Of a stretch of DNA of 49,168 nucleotides, positions 30,634-40,311 are shown piece after piece. Source of the stretch: Flavisolibacter sp. Lineage in GTDB: Bacteria; Bacteroidota; Bacteroidia; Chitinophagales; Chitinophagaceae. The stretch spans positions 1 to 49,168 of the forward strand of contig JBJMLT010000455.1 of the NCBI GenBank assembly GCA_045805165.1, given 5' to 3'. The notes under the pieces are model-generated. The model did not search any database and was not told the DNA's origin. It saw nothing but the letters and a program-made list of their open reading frames with translations. The position numbers were made by a program, and so were the translations under genes. Positions within the stretch are counted from its first letter, which is position 1; each line of letters opens with the position of its first letter.

Positions 30634-31065
30634 TCATCTCTTTAAATACCTCAGACCCTGGGTCAAACCCTCATTGAACTCTCCAACTGTTTTTGATTTC
30701 AGCATATCGTGAATTTGCTTTCGTATAACCTTGAATTCATCATGAAGAGGGCATGGTTTTTTTTCCGAACAATTTTTCAGACCCATTCCACAACCAATAA
30801 ATAATTTATCGCCATCGATTGCACTTACAATATCCGCCACAGTGTGCTTTTTTGATAATTCATCCAGGAAAAACCCACCATTAGGGCCTTTAGTAGACTG
30901 TACAAGGCCCTTCTTGTTTAGCTGCTGCAAAATTTTTGCAATAAATTGTTCTGGGGCAACGATTCCCTTAGAAATCTCCTTTACTCCTACCTTAAGTCCA
31001 GTATCAGATTTCTGGGCAATAAACATCATTGCCCGCATCGCATATTCACAGGTCTTTGAAAACAT
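30634..31065 (-). CDS. Rrf2 family transcriptional regulator (Fe-S ligands present)
   Basis: MFSKTCEYAMRA, STKGPNGGF and CGMGLKNCSEKKPCPLH motifs. Confidence 0.93.
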   Translation of the reverse strand: MFSKTCEYAMRAMMFIAQKSDTGLKVGVKEISKGIVAPEQFIAKILQQLNKKGLVQSTKGPNGGFFLDELSKKHTVADIVSAIDGDKLFIGCGMGLKNCSEKKPCPLHDEFKVIRKQIHDMLKSKTVGEFNEGLTQGLRYLKR

Positions 31066-31102
31066 GAATTCGTTTATAAATTAAAAATTTGGCCATAATC
31101 AT

Positions 31103-31370
31103 TTACAGAATATTGACTGTTTTATTTGCCAGTTCGTCATCTAACTGAATCTCACAAGATAAAACGAATTTCCTGGTGTTAGTGTGGGCCTCGCGAATCT
31201 CTACACCGCAAGTCCCACAACTTTCTCCGCCGTAGCAAATTCCAAATCCTCGAACCGGTAAATGCTCTGAAATTAAGCACATTAATGAGCCATGCTGGCT
31301 TGCACTCGGCAACATATAGGTTTTCCTTCATAGTAAAAGCAACTATAATCGTATTGTTCTCAGATTGCAT
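31103..31370 (-). pseudogene. Second 2Fe-2S ferredoxin-like gene, apparently frameshifted
   Basis: ATG 31370 (MQSENNTIIVAF) is out of frame with the CYGGESCGTC...LSC part; the span is 268 nt. Confidence 0.55.
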
Positions 31371-31722
31371 AATACACACCTTCCAAAAATTGTTTTAGCA
31401 CCAACGCATGAGTTAATTTGTCATATTTTGTGCTATACAAAAATGTTATTATTTGCTTGCGTTTATGACGTTCTATAAAATCATCCATCTCCTTGTTGCG
31501 TTTTAGTTCTGCTAAATATTTCTTTTTGAATTCCTCCCAGTAAAAGGGATCAAAGTCAAACCAGTTTCCTAGCACTTCTGTCGGAGCCAAATCTTTCGCC
31601 CATTCATTTATCATTGCCTCGTTTCTGGTGAGTCCTCTTGGCCAAAATCTATCTACCAATATCCTATAACCATCACCCTTTGATGGACAGTCATAAGCCC
31701 TTTTTAGTTTTATAATCGACAT
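31360..31722 (-). CDS. DUF488 (YeaO-like) protein
   Basis: IKLKRAYD..DGYRILVDRFWPRGL..WAKDLAP. Confidence 0.88.
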   Translation of the reverse strand: MSIIKLKRAYDCPSKGDGYRILVDRFWPRGLTRNEAMINEWAKDLAPTEVLGNWFDFDPFYWEEFKKKYLAELKRNKEMDDFIERHKRKQIITFLYSTKYDKLTHALVLKQFLEGVYYAI

Positions 31723-31780
31723 ACTAAGAAAAATTAAGTTTGTCAGCAAAGCTTCGTGACACAAATAGGAACAGCTATGC

Positions 31781-32248
31781 CTAAATATTTTTTACTGGAA
31801 TGATTAGCAATGGTATTGAACTGTGATGCAAAACCTCTTCTGCGACGCTTCCCAATAACATTTTTTTTAATCCTCCTCTCCCATGAGTACCCATTACAAT
31901 CATATCGACACCTGATTCAGATGATACCATGAGGATGTTTTCAGCACAACGTCCATTTTCCACAACTAGATAAGTGTTTCTTTCATCGAAGCTCTTCTGA
32001 ATGTTTTTCAGAAAATTGATAGCGATTTTTTTTAGTTCGACTACTGTATCCTTTTCCACTAAATCCTCATTGCTAAAAATACCAAAGCCGGTTATCGGTG
32101 AATAGTTAAATGATGAATAATAGCTCGCCTCGGAAGTCACATGCAATAAGATGACCTCTGCTTTCATAGCTGCAGCCAAAGCATATCCGATTTCCGCTAT
32201 TTTGTGAGCAGAGGAGTCAAAATCCAGAGCAATAAGTATTTTCTTCAT
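31781..32248 (-). CDS. Universal stress protein
   Basis: KKILIALDF...DMIVMGTHGRGG..LLGSVAEEVL. Confidence 0.93.
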   Translation of the reverse strand: MKKILIALDFDSSAHKIAEIGYALAAAMKAEVILLHVTSEASYYSSFNYSPITGFGIFSNEDLVEKDTVVELKKIAINFLKNIQKSFDERNTYLVVENGRCAENILMVSSESGVDMIVMGTHGRGGLKKMLLGSVAEEVLHHSSIPLLIIPVKNI

Positions 32249-32318
32249 AATGATATGTTTTAGCGTACATCAATTGTTTAATGATTCATTCTGATGTCTA
32301 TGAGTAAAATCTATTCAT

Positions 32319-32747
32319 TTAAGCCATTAATTGCATTGGAAACACAAAATCATGAAATATGTTGTTGTTCGCTCTTTTTACATGTTTGGCGTACTTCTCA
32401 AGACTAGTATGCAATCTTTTGCCATACTTTATGTCAAGTTTGTTAATAATAAAATTTAATTTTTTTATTTCTTCCTTCAACTCATTTCGGTTCTTTTCAT
32501 CGAATGGTGAATATTCAGCTATAATGTCCCCAAACATTTTTTGAAATTTCTCTTCTACTTCGATGTAATAAAGGGTAAGTAAAAGAAGCGCAGCGTATTT
32601 TTTTAAATGTGTTAACTTGATTGCATCTGCCTTTTGTTTCTCATTTATCGAATTAAAAGAACATGAAGCCAATACTGATACAAAAACGGCCGCTTTGTAT
32701 AACAATACATGTTCACCAATCGTTAATTTCTCTAATTGCTTAATCAT
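32319..32747 (-). CDS. Hypothetical protein
   Basis: First ORF of the minus-strand operon. Start at MIKQLEKL preferred. Confidence 0.6.
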   Translation of the reverse strand: MIKQLEKLTIGEHVLLYKAAVFVSVLASCSFNSINEKQKADAIKLTHLKKYAALLLLTLYYIEVEEKFQKMFGDIIAEYSPFDEKNRNELKEEIKKLNFIINKLDIKYGKRLHTSLEKYAKHVKRANNNIFHDFVFPMQLMA

Positions 32748-32850
32748 AAATTCAGCATTAAATGACAAATAAGTGATACGACCTACCATTTACCACTTAG
32801 CCTAGTAAGTGCATCGGCTACTCCGATATTGCATGCAATTTACTAAAATA

Positions 32851-32884
32851 AAATAATAAAGGACAAATTTGTCCTTTATTATTT
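32851..32884. promoter_or_regulatory. Perfect 34-bp palindrome, candidate Rrf2 operator
   Basis: AAATAATAAAGGACAAA|TTTGTCCTTTATTATTT between divergent operons. Confidence 0.8.
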
Positions 32885-32972
32885 ATTTCTTAAGTAACTT
32901 CGCTGTAAAAAAAGTCGCAGCTCTTTAAACACAGGCTTCATCAAATATTTAAAACTCTAAAACCTCAAAGAA

Positions 32973-33284
32973 ATGAAGATCATTATCCAAACAATAAATT
33001 TCAGAATAAGTTCTGCACTAAAATCTTTTATAAATGAAAAGATAGCCAAACTCTACCGACAAAATGAAACTATTGAAAATGCCAGCGTGACTCTTCGCAA
33101 AGAAGACGAACGTAGAAATGCAAATAGGTCATGTGAAATCAGATTAGCTATACAAGGCAATGATCCACTCGTGAAAAAGAATAGTAAGGTTTACGAAAAG
33201 TCAATTTCCCAAGCCGTACAGGCGTTGCAAAAAATACTGCGGAGAAAAAAGTCAAAACAACTTGCAAAGAGACATTTTAGTTAG
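32973..33284 (+). CDS. Ribosome hibernation factor HPF/RaiA family
   Basis: MKIIIQTINF..ALKSFINEKIAKL..CEIRLAIQGND. Confidence 0.82.
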   Translation: MKIIIQTINFRISSALKSFINEKIAKLYRQNETIENASVTLRKEDERRNANRSCEIRLAIQGNDPLVKKNSKVYEKSISQAVQALQKILRRKKSKQLAKRHFS

Positions 33285-33395
33285 CCTTTGAATTACCGGA
33301 AACCCTACTAAGGGTTTCAACAAAAAAGCTAGATTAATTGACCCGATGCCTCATTAATGATTTGGGCTATTCAAAGCTACATAAAACCATAGACC

Positions 33396-34778
33396 ATGCA
33401 TTCAAAACAAAATCTTTCATTTCGCAAAAATCCTATGTTCTTTATCCTATGCCTAAATAGTTTAAACTTTATTGTGGGGCTTGCATACAAAAACCTTCTT
33501 CCGTCTTTGACTATAGGTTTACTCCAGATAATAATTTATATTTTACTTCAATCCTTTCGGAGTAGACGCATAAAAAATCAAAACCAAACATTTAATATTT
33601 CCTTTATCCGAACTCGATCAGAGCGGAATGGCTCAATCACCTTGAACAAAGCGCTTGAAGAGAGCCTCAAAATTACTATTGGAAACAGTCAATGCAAACT
33701 ACCATTTCAAACAGGAGTTTTTGATATTGCATTCCCTCTTACAAATGCAAATGCAAATGCGATATCCGATTTTACCAGTTCCAACTATAAACAACCGGAC
33801 AATTTGTATGAAAGCAGTATTCGCTTTTATGAGTTTTTCGATGGTGGGTTGCTTTTGCAGCTTGAACCCGCAGGCATGAGTAGCACTAATCCAGAACAGA
33901 AAAGCTTCGACGCTAAGGAATTTTCAACACAGGCACGGAAGTCCGAGACAAAATTGATAGTCCTCAATCTTACTTCTAACAAACAGATGGAGGGTATTAT
34001 GGTATCAGACTATTGTTCAACGATAAAGTCAGAAAATATAGGTTCACAAAACAGCTTTCTTCACAGGTTTTCAACTTTTTATGATGCAGACGGAATGATT
34101 TCTTTTCTTTCGACATTGAGAAAACTATCAGGAGGAAAACCAATAGGACTTCGCACATTAATACATGATGACAGTGAATTTAATAAAATATGCTTTGCAA
34201 TTAAAAAATCCGAAATATATCCAGATTTCATTATTGTGGAAGGCGAGGATTACGAAAATAAACCTGTCCAGATAAACAAAAGTTCTAAGAAATGTTTGCC
34301 CATGTACGAAGCATTACAAACTAGTTCAAAAACGCTGCAACATTATAGGCTGAATAAGCATATTTTAATCATTGGAGAGCAAAAAATCACTTCTGGGTTT
34401 GACCTGCTTAAAGCATTTGCTTTTGGGGCTCAAATGGTTCACTCAACTGTTCCGAATGCGATCAATCATTCAATGCATTTAAGAAGGAATATTTTTCTAA
34501 AGAAAGATCTGAGGAAATTTCAAGAACACATTATACATGAGCTAGCAAGAATTATGCAGGCATTCAAATTTGAAAACATTAAAGATATCACATGCGCAAG
34601 GTTTATGAGAAGCCTGATTTGTTTTAACGAACACTTTGGAGTATTAAATGATGAATTTAAGTCAACATATGAACAAATCTATAATAAGTATAAATCGAAC
34701 GATCACCTACAACTCGGTGAAAGGGAGGCTAAAAAAATGGATATTTTGAAAATCAATACTAGTAATAATGAAAAATAA
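33396..34778 (+). CDS. Highly diverged FMN-binding glutamate synthase family protein
   Basis: LRKLSGGKPIG, YPDFIIVEGE and ITSGFDLLKAFAFGA are recognisable, but other conserved motifs are eroded. Confidence 0.65.
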   Translation: MHSKQNLSFRKNPMFFILCLNSLNFIVGLAYKNLLPSLTIGLLQIIIYILLQSFRSRRIKNQNQTFNISFIRTRSERNGSITLNKALEESLKITIGNSQCKLPFQTGVFDIAFPLTNANANAISDFTSSNYKQPDNLYESSIRFYEFFDGGLLLQLEPAGMSSTNPEQKSFDAKEFSTQARKSETKLIVLNLTSNKQMEGIMVSDYCSTIKSENIGSQNSFLHRFSTFYDADGMISFLSTLRKLSGGKPIGLRTLIHDDSEFNKICFAIKKSEIYPDFIIVEGEDYENKPVQINKSSKKCLPMYEALQTSSKTLQHYRLNKHILIIGEQKITSGFDLLKAFAFGAQMVHSTVPNAINHSMHLRRNIFLKKDLRKFQEHIIHELARIMQAFKFENIKDITCARFMRSLICFNEHFGVLNDEFKSTYEQIYNKYKSNDHLQLGEREAKKMDILKINTSNNEK

Positions 34779-34901
34779 AAAAGATTGGCAAGTATATAAA
34801 GTTGAGGAGGTTGCAACAAACGCAACCATCTCTCATATTACTAACTCGAAAGGAAACAAAAATTATGCAGATACTTGCTGCATTTTAAGCAAACTATTAA
34901 T

Positions 34902-35294
34902 ATGGAACCGACGCAAGATATAATGACAGTGGAAGATATTAAACTCTTCGTGGATGGCTTTTATGAAAAGGTAAGGCAAGATGAATTACTTGCCCCTGTC
35001 TTCAACGAAAAAATTCAAAACTGGCCTCAGCATCTTGAAAAAATGTACGCATTCTGGCAAACCGTTTTATTTGGCAAGCCCGCCTATAAAGGAAGTCCCT
35101 TCCCCCCACATGCGAAGCTTCCAATAAATTATATTCATTTCACAAAATGGATTGAACTATTTGTTTCCACTATTGACAAACTTTTTATAGGTAATAAGGC
35201 AAGGGAGACAAAATGGAGAGCAGAAAAAATGGCCGAAATGTTTCAAAATAAGATTGAATATTACCGTACTCAGGGATCAAGTCCTTTGGTCTAA
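34902..35294 (+). CDS. Group III truncated hemoglobin
   Basis: DIKLFVDGFYEKVRQDELLAPVF..WPQHLEKMYAFW..PFPPH..HFTKWIELF. Confidence 0.9.
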   Translation: MEPTQDIMTVEDIKLFVDGFYEKVRQDELLAPVFNEKIQNWPQHLEKMYAFWQTVLFGKPAYKGSPFPPHAKLPINYIHFTKWIELFVSTIDKLFIGNKARETKWRAEKMAEMFQNKIEYYRTQGSSPLV

Positions 35295-35468
35295 ATGTAA
35301 GAAGGCAAAACATTCATGTTAGATGAAATTAGTAACGGTACAAAGTTCTTTGACAATATATCTGATGCTGAGACGCGGTGACGTCAAAAGGCTAATTGAA
35401 ATCAAAAAACTATAACAATGTTTCAACTTCCCGGAAGTTAATCAAAGATTCGTAGTACATTTGAGTAA

Positions 35469-35633
35469 ATGAATGGTATTGTTTCAAATAATTTTTTAAG
35501 TTCCTTCGAGAAGCACCTTGTACTTAATACCAGGGACTGCTACACCTGTTCATTTACAGAATTTTTCCCTTTTTGCATTAAATTATACTACTTCTCGACT
35601 TTCAAAGACTTTAATACTCTCACCCAAGGCTAA
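35469..35633 (+). CDS. 54-aa small protein / leader peptide, copy 3 (absent from the ORF track)
   Basis: MNGIVSNNFLSSFEKHLVLNTRDCYTCSFTEFFPFCIKLYYFSTFKDFNTLTQG. TACATTTG at 35456-35463. Confidence 0.8.
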   Translation: MNGIVSNNFLSSFEKHLVLNTRDCYTCSFTEFFPFCIKLYYFSTFKDFNTLTQG

Positions 35634-35658
35634 CCTTCAAAGTCTTGGGTTATTTTTT
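35622..35658 (+). terminator. Hairpin with U-tract overlapping the stop of small ORF copy 3
   Basis: ACCCAAGGCT/AGTCTTGGGT (one G-U pair) followed by TATTTTTT. Confidence 0.65.
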
Positions 35659-35936
35659 ACCAAATGTTTTGGTAGTTCCTAATATTTCAATTGCATTTTA
35701 ATTAATCACATTAGGCGGTAACTACTCTTTTAGTTCTGCGAATTCGTTTTGAGGAACCGCATTCAACTAGGTGGATTATTATGAATAGGCCACCTTACTA
35801 TTAACGCTTTTCGATTAGGAATTCATAGCCGGTTTATCTATAAACTTTTGGTACAAAAAAAGTAGATATTCATTTTCCCATTCGGTAACTAAGTCAATGC
35901 AATTCTATTTCAATTTTAATAATTAATAAAATATTT

Positions 35937-36656
35937 ATGGATATAATACCAATCGTCCCACAAAATTATTTCAACGAAGGAATATTTAGAAATTTCGGAA
36001 TTGGCTGTTGCTATGAGGATAGCACTCTTGAGCAACACATTGGATGTGAAATAAATATTGAAACTGCACATTCGAAAATGGAGCAAACGAGCGAAGCAAA
36101 CATCGAAAAGTTCGAAAAATTGGATGAATGGAAACTTGATTCACTTATTGAATACATGGTCACAAACTATCACAAAAGTGCAAAAGACAACATTATCACT
36201 ATTTATGATCTGGCAGAAAAAATTTCATTCAAGCATGGAGCAAAGCATCCAGAATTACAAAAATTAACTGCATTTCTTTTTTTGCTTTTTGATGATTTAT
36301 TATCTCACTTTAAAATGGAGGAGGATATTCTGTTTAAAAATATTCTGCAATTGCTTGAACTACCAAAAGCGAGTGATCTAACAACTAATTCCGGATTTTG
36401 GTCTATAAAAAAGTCAATAACTGCAATGAAGAAAGATCATGAAGCAACATTTAAAGATTTGAGATTCCTTCGCGTTCTTACAAGTAATTACATGATTCCT
36501 GTGGATGGCTGCGTGTCCTACAAATTCCTGTTTGAAATAATGAGACAATTCGAAGATGACTTAATAAGGCACATTTGCATTGAGAATAATATTTTGTTCG
36601 TGAAGGCGATAGAGCTGGATGAAAAGGTTGAGGAACAGAAATTACAAGTGTTATAA
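35937..36656 (+). CDS. Repair of iron centres (RIC/YtfE/ScdA-like) hemerythrin-domain protein
   Basis: HGAKHPEL, HFKMEEDILF, DHE and HICIENNILF motifs. The N-terminal DFCCGG motif is degenerate (GCCYE). Confidence 0.82.
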   Translation: MDIIPIVPQNYFNEGIFRNFGIGCCYEDSTLEQHIGCEINIETAHSKMEQTSEANIEKFEKLDEWKLDSLIEYMVTNYHKSAKDNIITIYDLAEKISFKHGAKHPELQKLTAFLFLLFDDLLSHFKMEEDILFKNILQLLELPKASDLTTNSGFWSIKKSITAMKKDHEATFKDLRFLRVLTSNYMIPVDGCVSYKFLFEIMRQFEDDLIRHICIENNILFVKAIELDEKVEEQKLQVL

Positions 36657-36750
36657 AATTAAAGTAAAGACGATGATATTTAAACCTAAACCACATGGCT
36701 CATGCAACGATATGGGATAAATCTGTTAATTCTTCGAAAGCAAAAGTAAT

Positions 36751-36778
36751 TGTAACCTTTTCCAGATTAAATACTCTA
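36751..36778 (+). promoter_or_regulatory. ECF-type promoter TGTAACC-N16-CTCTA
   Basis: About 90 nt upstream of gap. Confidence 0.65.
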
Positions 36779-36869
36779 CTATTTAATAACCTTAGTAAAC
36801 AAAAAGATGAAAACAAATCATAACAATTAACATAGGATCACGTGAGTCAGTAACATAAAAGCGCACAAA

Positions 36870-37868
36870 ATGAAACGAATTGCAATAAATGGCTTCGGTA
36901 GGATCGGTAGAGCCGCATTGAAAATAATTATGGATACTCCCAGCCTGGAACTAGTCGCTATCAATGATCTGATGAGTATTGAAAATGCAGCCTATTTACT
37001 CCGCTATGACAGTGCATATGGAAAGTACAAAAACGAAATAACGATTTCCGGCGATGTTCTATATGTTGGCTATGACGAAATTTCATTTATTTCAGAAAAG
37101 GATCCGGCAAAACTTCCCTGGAAAAAACTGGATATTGATATCGTCATAGAAAGTACTGGTATTTTTACAAATAGAGAAGATGCAGAAAAGCATATATATG
37201 CAGGCGCAAAAACTGTCGTAATATCAGGACCCACAAAAAGCAAAAACACTCCTACAGTAATACATGGAGTAAATACCGCTGACGGTAACACTTCCATTTT
37301 TTCCTGTGCCAGTTGTACTACAAACAATGTTGTTCCGATCATGGAAATAATGCATCGTCGCATTGGCGTAAAAAAAGCCATACTAAATACAATTCATGCA
37401 TACACTGCTTCTCAAACTTTGGTGGACGCCCCTTCAAAAAGAGATCCGAGAATGGGACGTGCTGCCGGAATCAATCTGGTACCTACCTCCACTGGTGCTG
37501 CAAGTGCCACCTCTAAGGCATTACCTGATTTAGAGGGCAAGTTTGATGGGATTGCGGTGCGGACACCAATAACTGTGGGATCTATTTCCGATATTACTTT
37601 TTTAGCGGCGAAAAATACTTCCCCTGACGAAATCAATAACATCTTAATACAGGAATCAAAAACGAGCAGATATAGGTTAGTGATAGCTGTTTCAAACGCC
37701 CCACTAGTTTCTACGGACATCATCCAAAGCCCTTTTGCTTCCATTGTCGATACAAACATGACCAGGGTAGTAGACGGCGACCTTGTAAAAATCATGGTGT
37801 GGTATGATAATGAATGGGGGTTTACAAATCAAATGATCAGGCAAATTGGAGAAATAAGATATCTGTAA
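36870..37868 (+). CDS. gap: Type I glyceraldehyde-3-phosphate dehydrogenase
   Basis: IAINGFGRIGR, ASCTTN and WYDNEWGF motifs. Confidence 0.96.
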   Translation: MKRIAINGFGRIGRAALKIIMDTPSLELVAINDLMSIENAAYLLRYDSAYGKYKNEITISGDVLYVGYDEISFISEKDPAKLPWKKLDIDIVIESTGIFTNREDAEKHIYAGAKTVVISGPTKSKNTPTVIHGVNTADGNTSIFSCASCTTNNVVPIMEIMHRRIGVKKAILNTIHAYTASQTLVDAPSKRDPRMGRAAGINLVPTSTGAASATSKALPDLEGKFDGIAVRTPITVGSISDITFLAAKNTSPDEINNILIQESKTSRYRLVIAVSNAPLVSTDIIQSPFASIVDTNMTRVVDGDLVKIMVWYDNEWGFTNQMIRQIGEIRYL

Positions 37869-37941
37869 TAGTAAGACAAAATCGATATTAAACAGCTAAA
37901 TGAATATAAGTCTATAGGATAAGGAAATAAAAAAATTAAGT

Positions 37942-39042
37942 ATGACACACAGCAACATAAATAAAATCCGAGATTTAGGTCAAAGCATCTGGCTCGACTT
38001 TTTCGACCGTGATATTATGGATTCAGAAAAATTAAAAACACTAATTGAAGAGACTGGCATCAGTGGCGTTACTTCCAACCCTTCCATTTTTGAAAAGGCA
38101 ATCAGCACAAGTTCAGATTTTGACGAGGACATTTCAGCTCTTTCTCAAACGCAAACAGACGATGGAGAAATTTTCTTTAGTCTTGCGGTCAAAGATATTC
38201 AACGAGCTGCGGACCTGTTAAAAAAAGTTTACGATAATACGGAAGGAGAAGATGGTTTTGTAAGTCTTGAAGTTTCACCCTATCTCGCACATGACACCGA
38301 AGGAACAATGAAACAAGCAAGAAAACTATGGCAGAAAATCGGCAAACAAAATGCAATGGTCAAAATTCCAGCAACTCAGGAGGGATTACCAGCTATCAGA
38401 AAATGTATAAGCGAAGGTATTAACATCAACATTACGCTGCTATTTGGTCTACCCCGTTACCAACAAGTGGTTAATGCCTATATATCTGGTCTTGAAGACC
38501 GACTTAGAGTAGGTAAGCCGATTAAGCAAATTGCTTCGGTCGCCAGCTTTTTCCTCAGCCGAATAGATGTTATGGTTGATCCACTGTTAGAAAAAAGAGG
38601 GCTTAGCCGATTACAAGGACAGGTAGCTATTGCTTCTGCTAAAAGGGCTTATGAGATGTACAAAAATGCTTTTACCAACCCACGATTTAAATCCCTGGAA
38701 GATAATGGTGCGAAACGACAACATCTTTTATGGGCAAGCACCAGCAGTAAGAACCCAGCTTTTAGTGACGTAAAATATGTAGATGCCCTGGTAGGAGCCG
38801 AAACTATAAACACCATTACGCTGGAAACTTTGGCCGCGTTTCAGGATCATGGTACGGCTCAAAACTCTTTAGGAGATAATATAGATAACGCAAATGAAAC
38901 CTTAGAAAGTTTAAAAAAGGCAAGTATTGATCTTGATGAGATTACCCAAAAGTTGGAAAATGATGGAATTGAAAAATTTAATGTGGCTTATCAGGCGATC
39001 ATGAAAGCTATAGAAAGGAAAAAAAATAACCACAAGCTATGA
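37942..39042 (+). CDS. tal: Transaldolase
   Basis: GQSIWLD, GVTSNPSIF, VSLEVSP, MVKIPAT, SVASFFLSRID and LWAST motifs. Confidence 0.95.
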   Translation: MTHSNINKIRDLGQSIWLDFFDRDIMDSEKLKTLIEETGISGVTSNPSIFEKAISTSSDFDEDISALSQTQTDDGEIFFSLAVKDIQRAADLLKKVYDNTEGEDGFVSLEVSPYLAHDTEGTMKQARKLWQKIGKQNAMVKIPATQEGLPAIRKCISEGININITLLFGLPRYQQVVNAYISGLEDRLRVGKPIKQIASVASFFLSRIDVMVDPLLEKRGLSRLQGQVAIASAKRAYEMYKNAFTNPRFKSLEDNGAKRQHLLWASTSSKNPAFSDVKYVDALVGAETINTITLETLAAFQDHGTAQNSLGDNIDNANETLESLKKASIDLDEITQKLENDGIEKFNVAYQAIMKAIERKKNNHKL

Positions 39043-39170
39043 TTAATACATTTTGGGCAAAAGGAGATCTTACCACAACCGACAAGCATTCACTGAGGCT
39101 CAGTAGAGGTCTGCCATAGAATTTGAGATTTGCTTTGATTTTTATTTGTAAAACAATTTAATTGAAAAGT

Positions 39171-39575
39171 ATGGAAGGGAAACATAATGATTCAACGCCA
39201 CAACGCCCCAAGGGCAATCGAACAATTGATGCACAGCAAGTGGAAGTTGACTTGAAACGTCTTTTGAAACAGATTAAAGAAGAGAGTTCTTGGGAAGACA
39301 GCAAACGAAATGCGATTACGATTTTCAAAACTGACGGCCTCAGAATTGTCCTAATTGCTTTGCATAAAGGAACTGAAATGGCAAGGCATACTGCCAATGG
39401 CGTTATTAGCGTGCAAGTATTGGAAGGGCACATGCAATTTAAGACAGACCGTCAAACAACTGAACTATTTGAGAGTCAGATATTGGTTTTGCATGAACAA
39501 ATTCCACATAGTGTATTAGCTATTAAGGAGACGGTTTTTTTATTGACAATCACCAGTTCAATTGTAAAGCGCTGA
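39171..39575 (+). CDS. Cupin-fold protein
   Basis: HTANGVISVQVLEG...IPHSVLA. Confidence 0.8.
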   Translation: MEGKHNDSTPQRPKGNRTIDAQQVEVDLKRLLKQIKEESSWEDSKRNAITIFKTDGLRIVLIALHKGTEMARHTANGVISVQVLEGHMQFKTDRQTTELFESQILVLHEQIPHSVLAIKETVFLLTITSSIVKR

Positions 39576-39591
39576 ATTCAAAAAAAATGAA

Positions 39592-40263
39592 ATGTCGAAT
39601 AATCCTGTAAAAGTAAAGTCAATTGATAATGTTACACATGATGTATTAAAAATTGTAACTGAAAAACCTGCTGGGTATTCTTTTAGCCCTGGTCAGGCTA
39701 CTGAAGTTTCTATAAATAAAAATGGATGGGATAATAAACCAAGACCTTTTACTTTCACTTGTCTACCGGAGGATCAATATTTGGAGTTCACCATTAAAAC
39801 CTATCCTTCCCATAGGGGAGTTACTAATGAGCTTTTGAACTTGAAACGAAACGACGAACTGATTTTACACGAAGTTTTCGGATCCATTGGCTACCGGGGC
39901 GAAGGTGTTTTTATTGCGGGAGGAGCAGGCGTTACACCTTTTATTTCCATTTTCAGGTTTCTAAAATTGAAACATGAAGTTGGTAACAACACGTTACTCT
40001 TTGCAAACAAGACTAAAGCCGATATAATTCTCGAAGAGGAATTCCAAAATCTATTAGGCAATCACTTTATTAAAGTTCTTTCAGAGGAAAATGTGAAAGG
40101 TTATGGGCACGGACATATTACGCTGGATTTACTGAGAGAAAATATTTCGGACAATGGAAAGAAGATATACTTATGCGGGCCCGAACCTATGATGCAAGCA
40201 ATTGAAAATTATTTGAAAAAATTAAGTATTGATACCAACATGGTTATAAAAGAAAAGTTCTAA
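39592..40263 (+). CDS. FAD-binding ferredoxin/flavodoxin reductase family oxidoreductase
   Basis: FSPGQA, RPFTF, FIAGGAGVTPF and YLCGP motifs. Confidence 0.9.
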   Translation: MSNNPVKVKSIDNVTHDVLKIVTEKPAGYSFSPGQATEVSINKNGWDNKPRPFTFTCLPEDQYLEFTIKTYPSHRGVTNELLNLKRNDELILHEVFGSIGYRGEGVFIAGGAGVTPFISIFRFLKLKHEVGNNTLLFANKTKADIILEEEFQNLLGNHFIKVLSEENVKGYGHGHITLDLLRENISDNGKKIYLCGPEPMMQAIENYLKKLSIDTNMVIKEKF

Positions 40264-40311
40264 ACAGAACAGATCATTCACAATTGCCATAAGCAATTTT
40301 AAAAAAATAAC

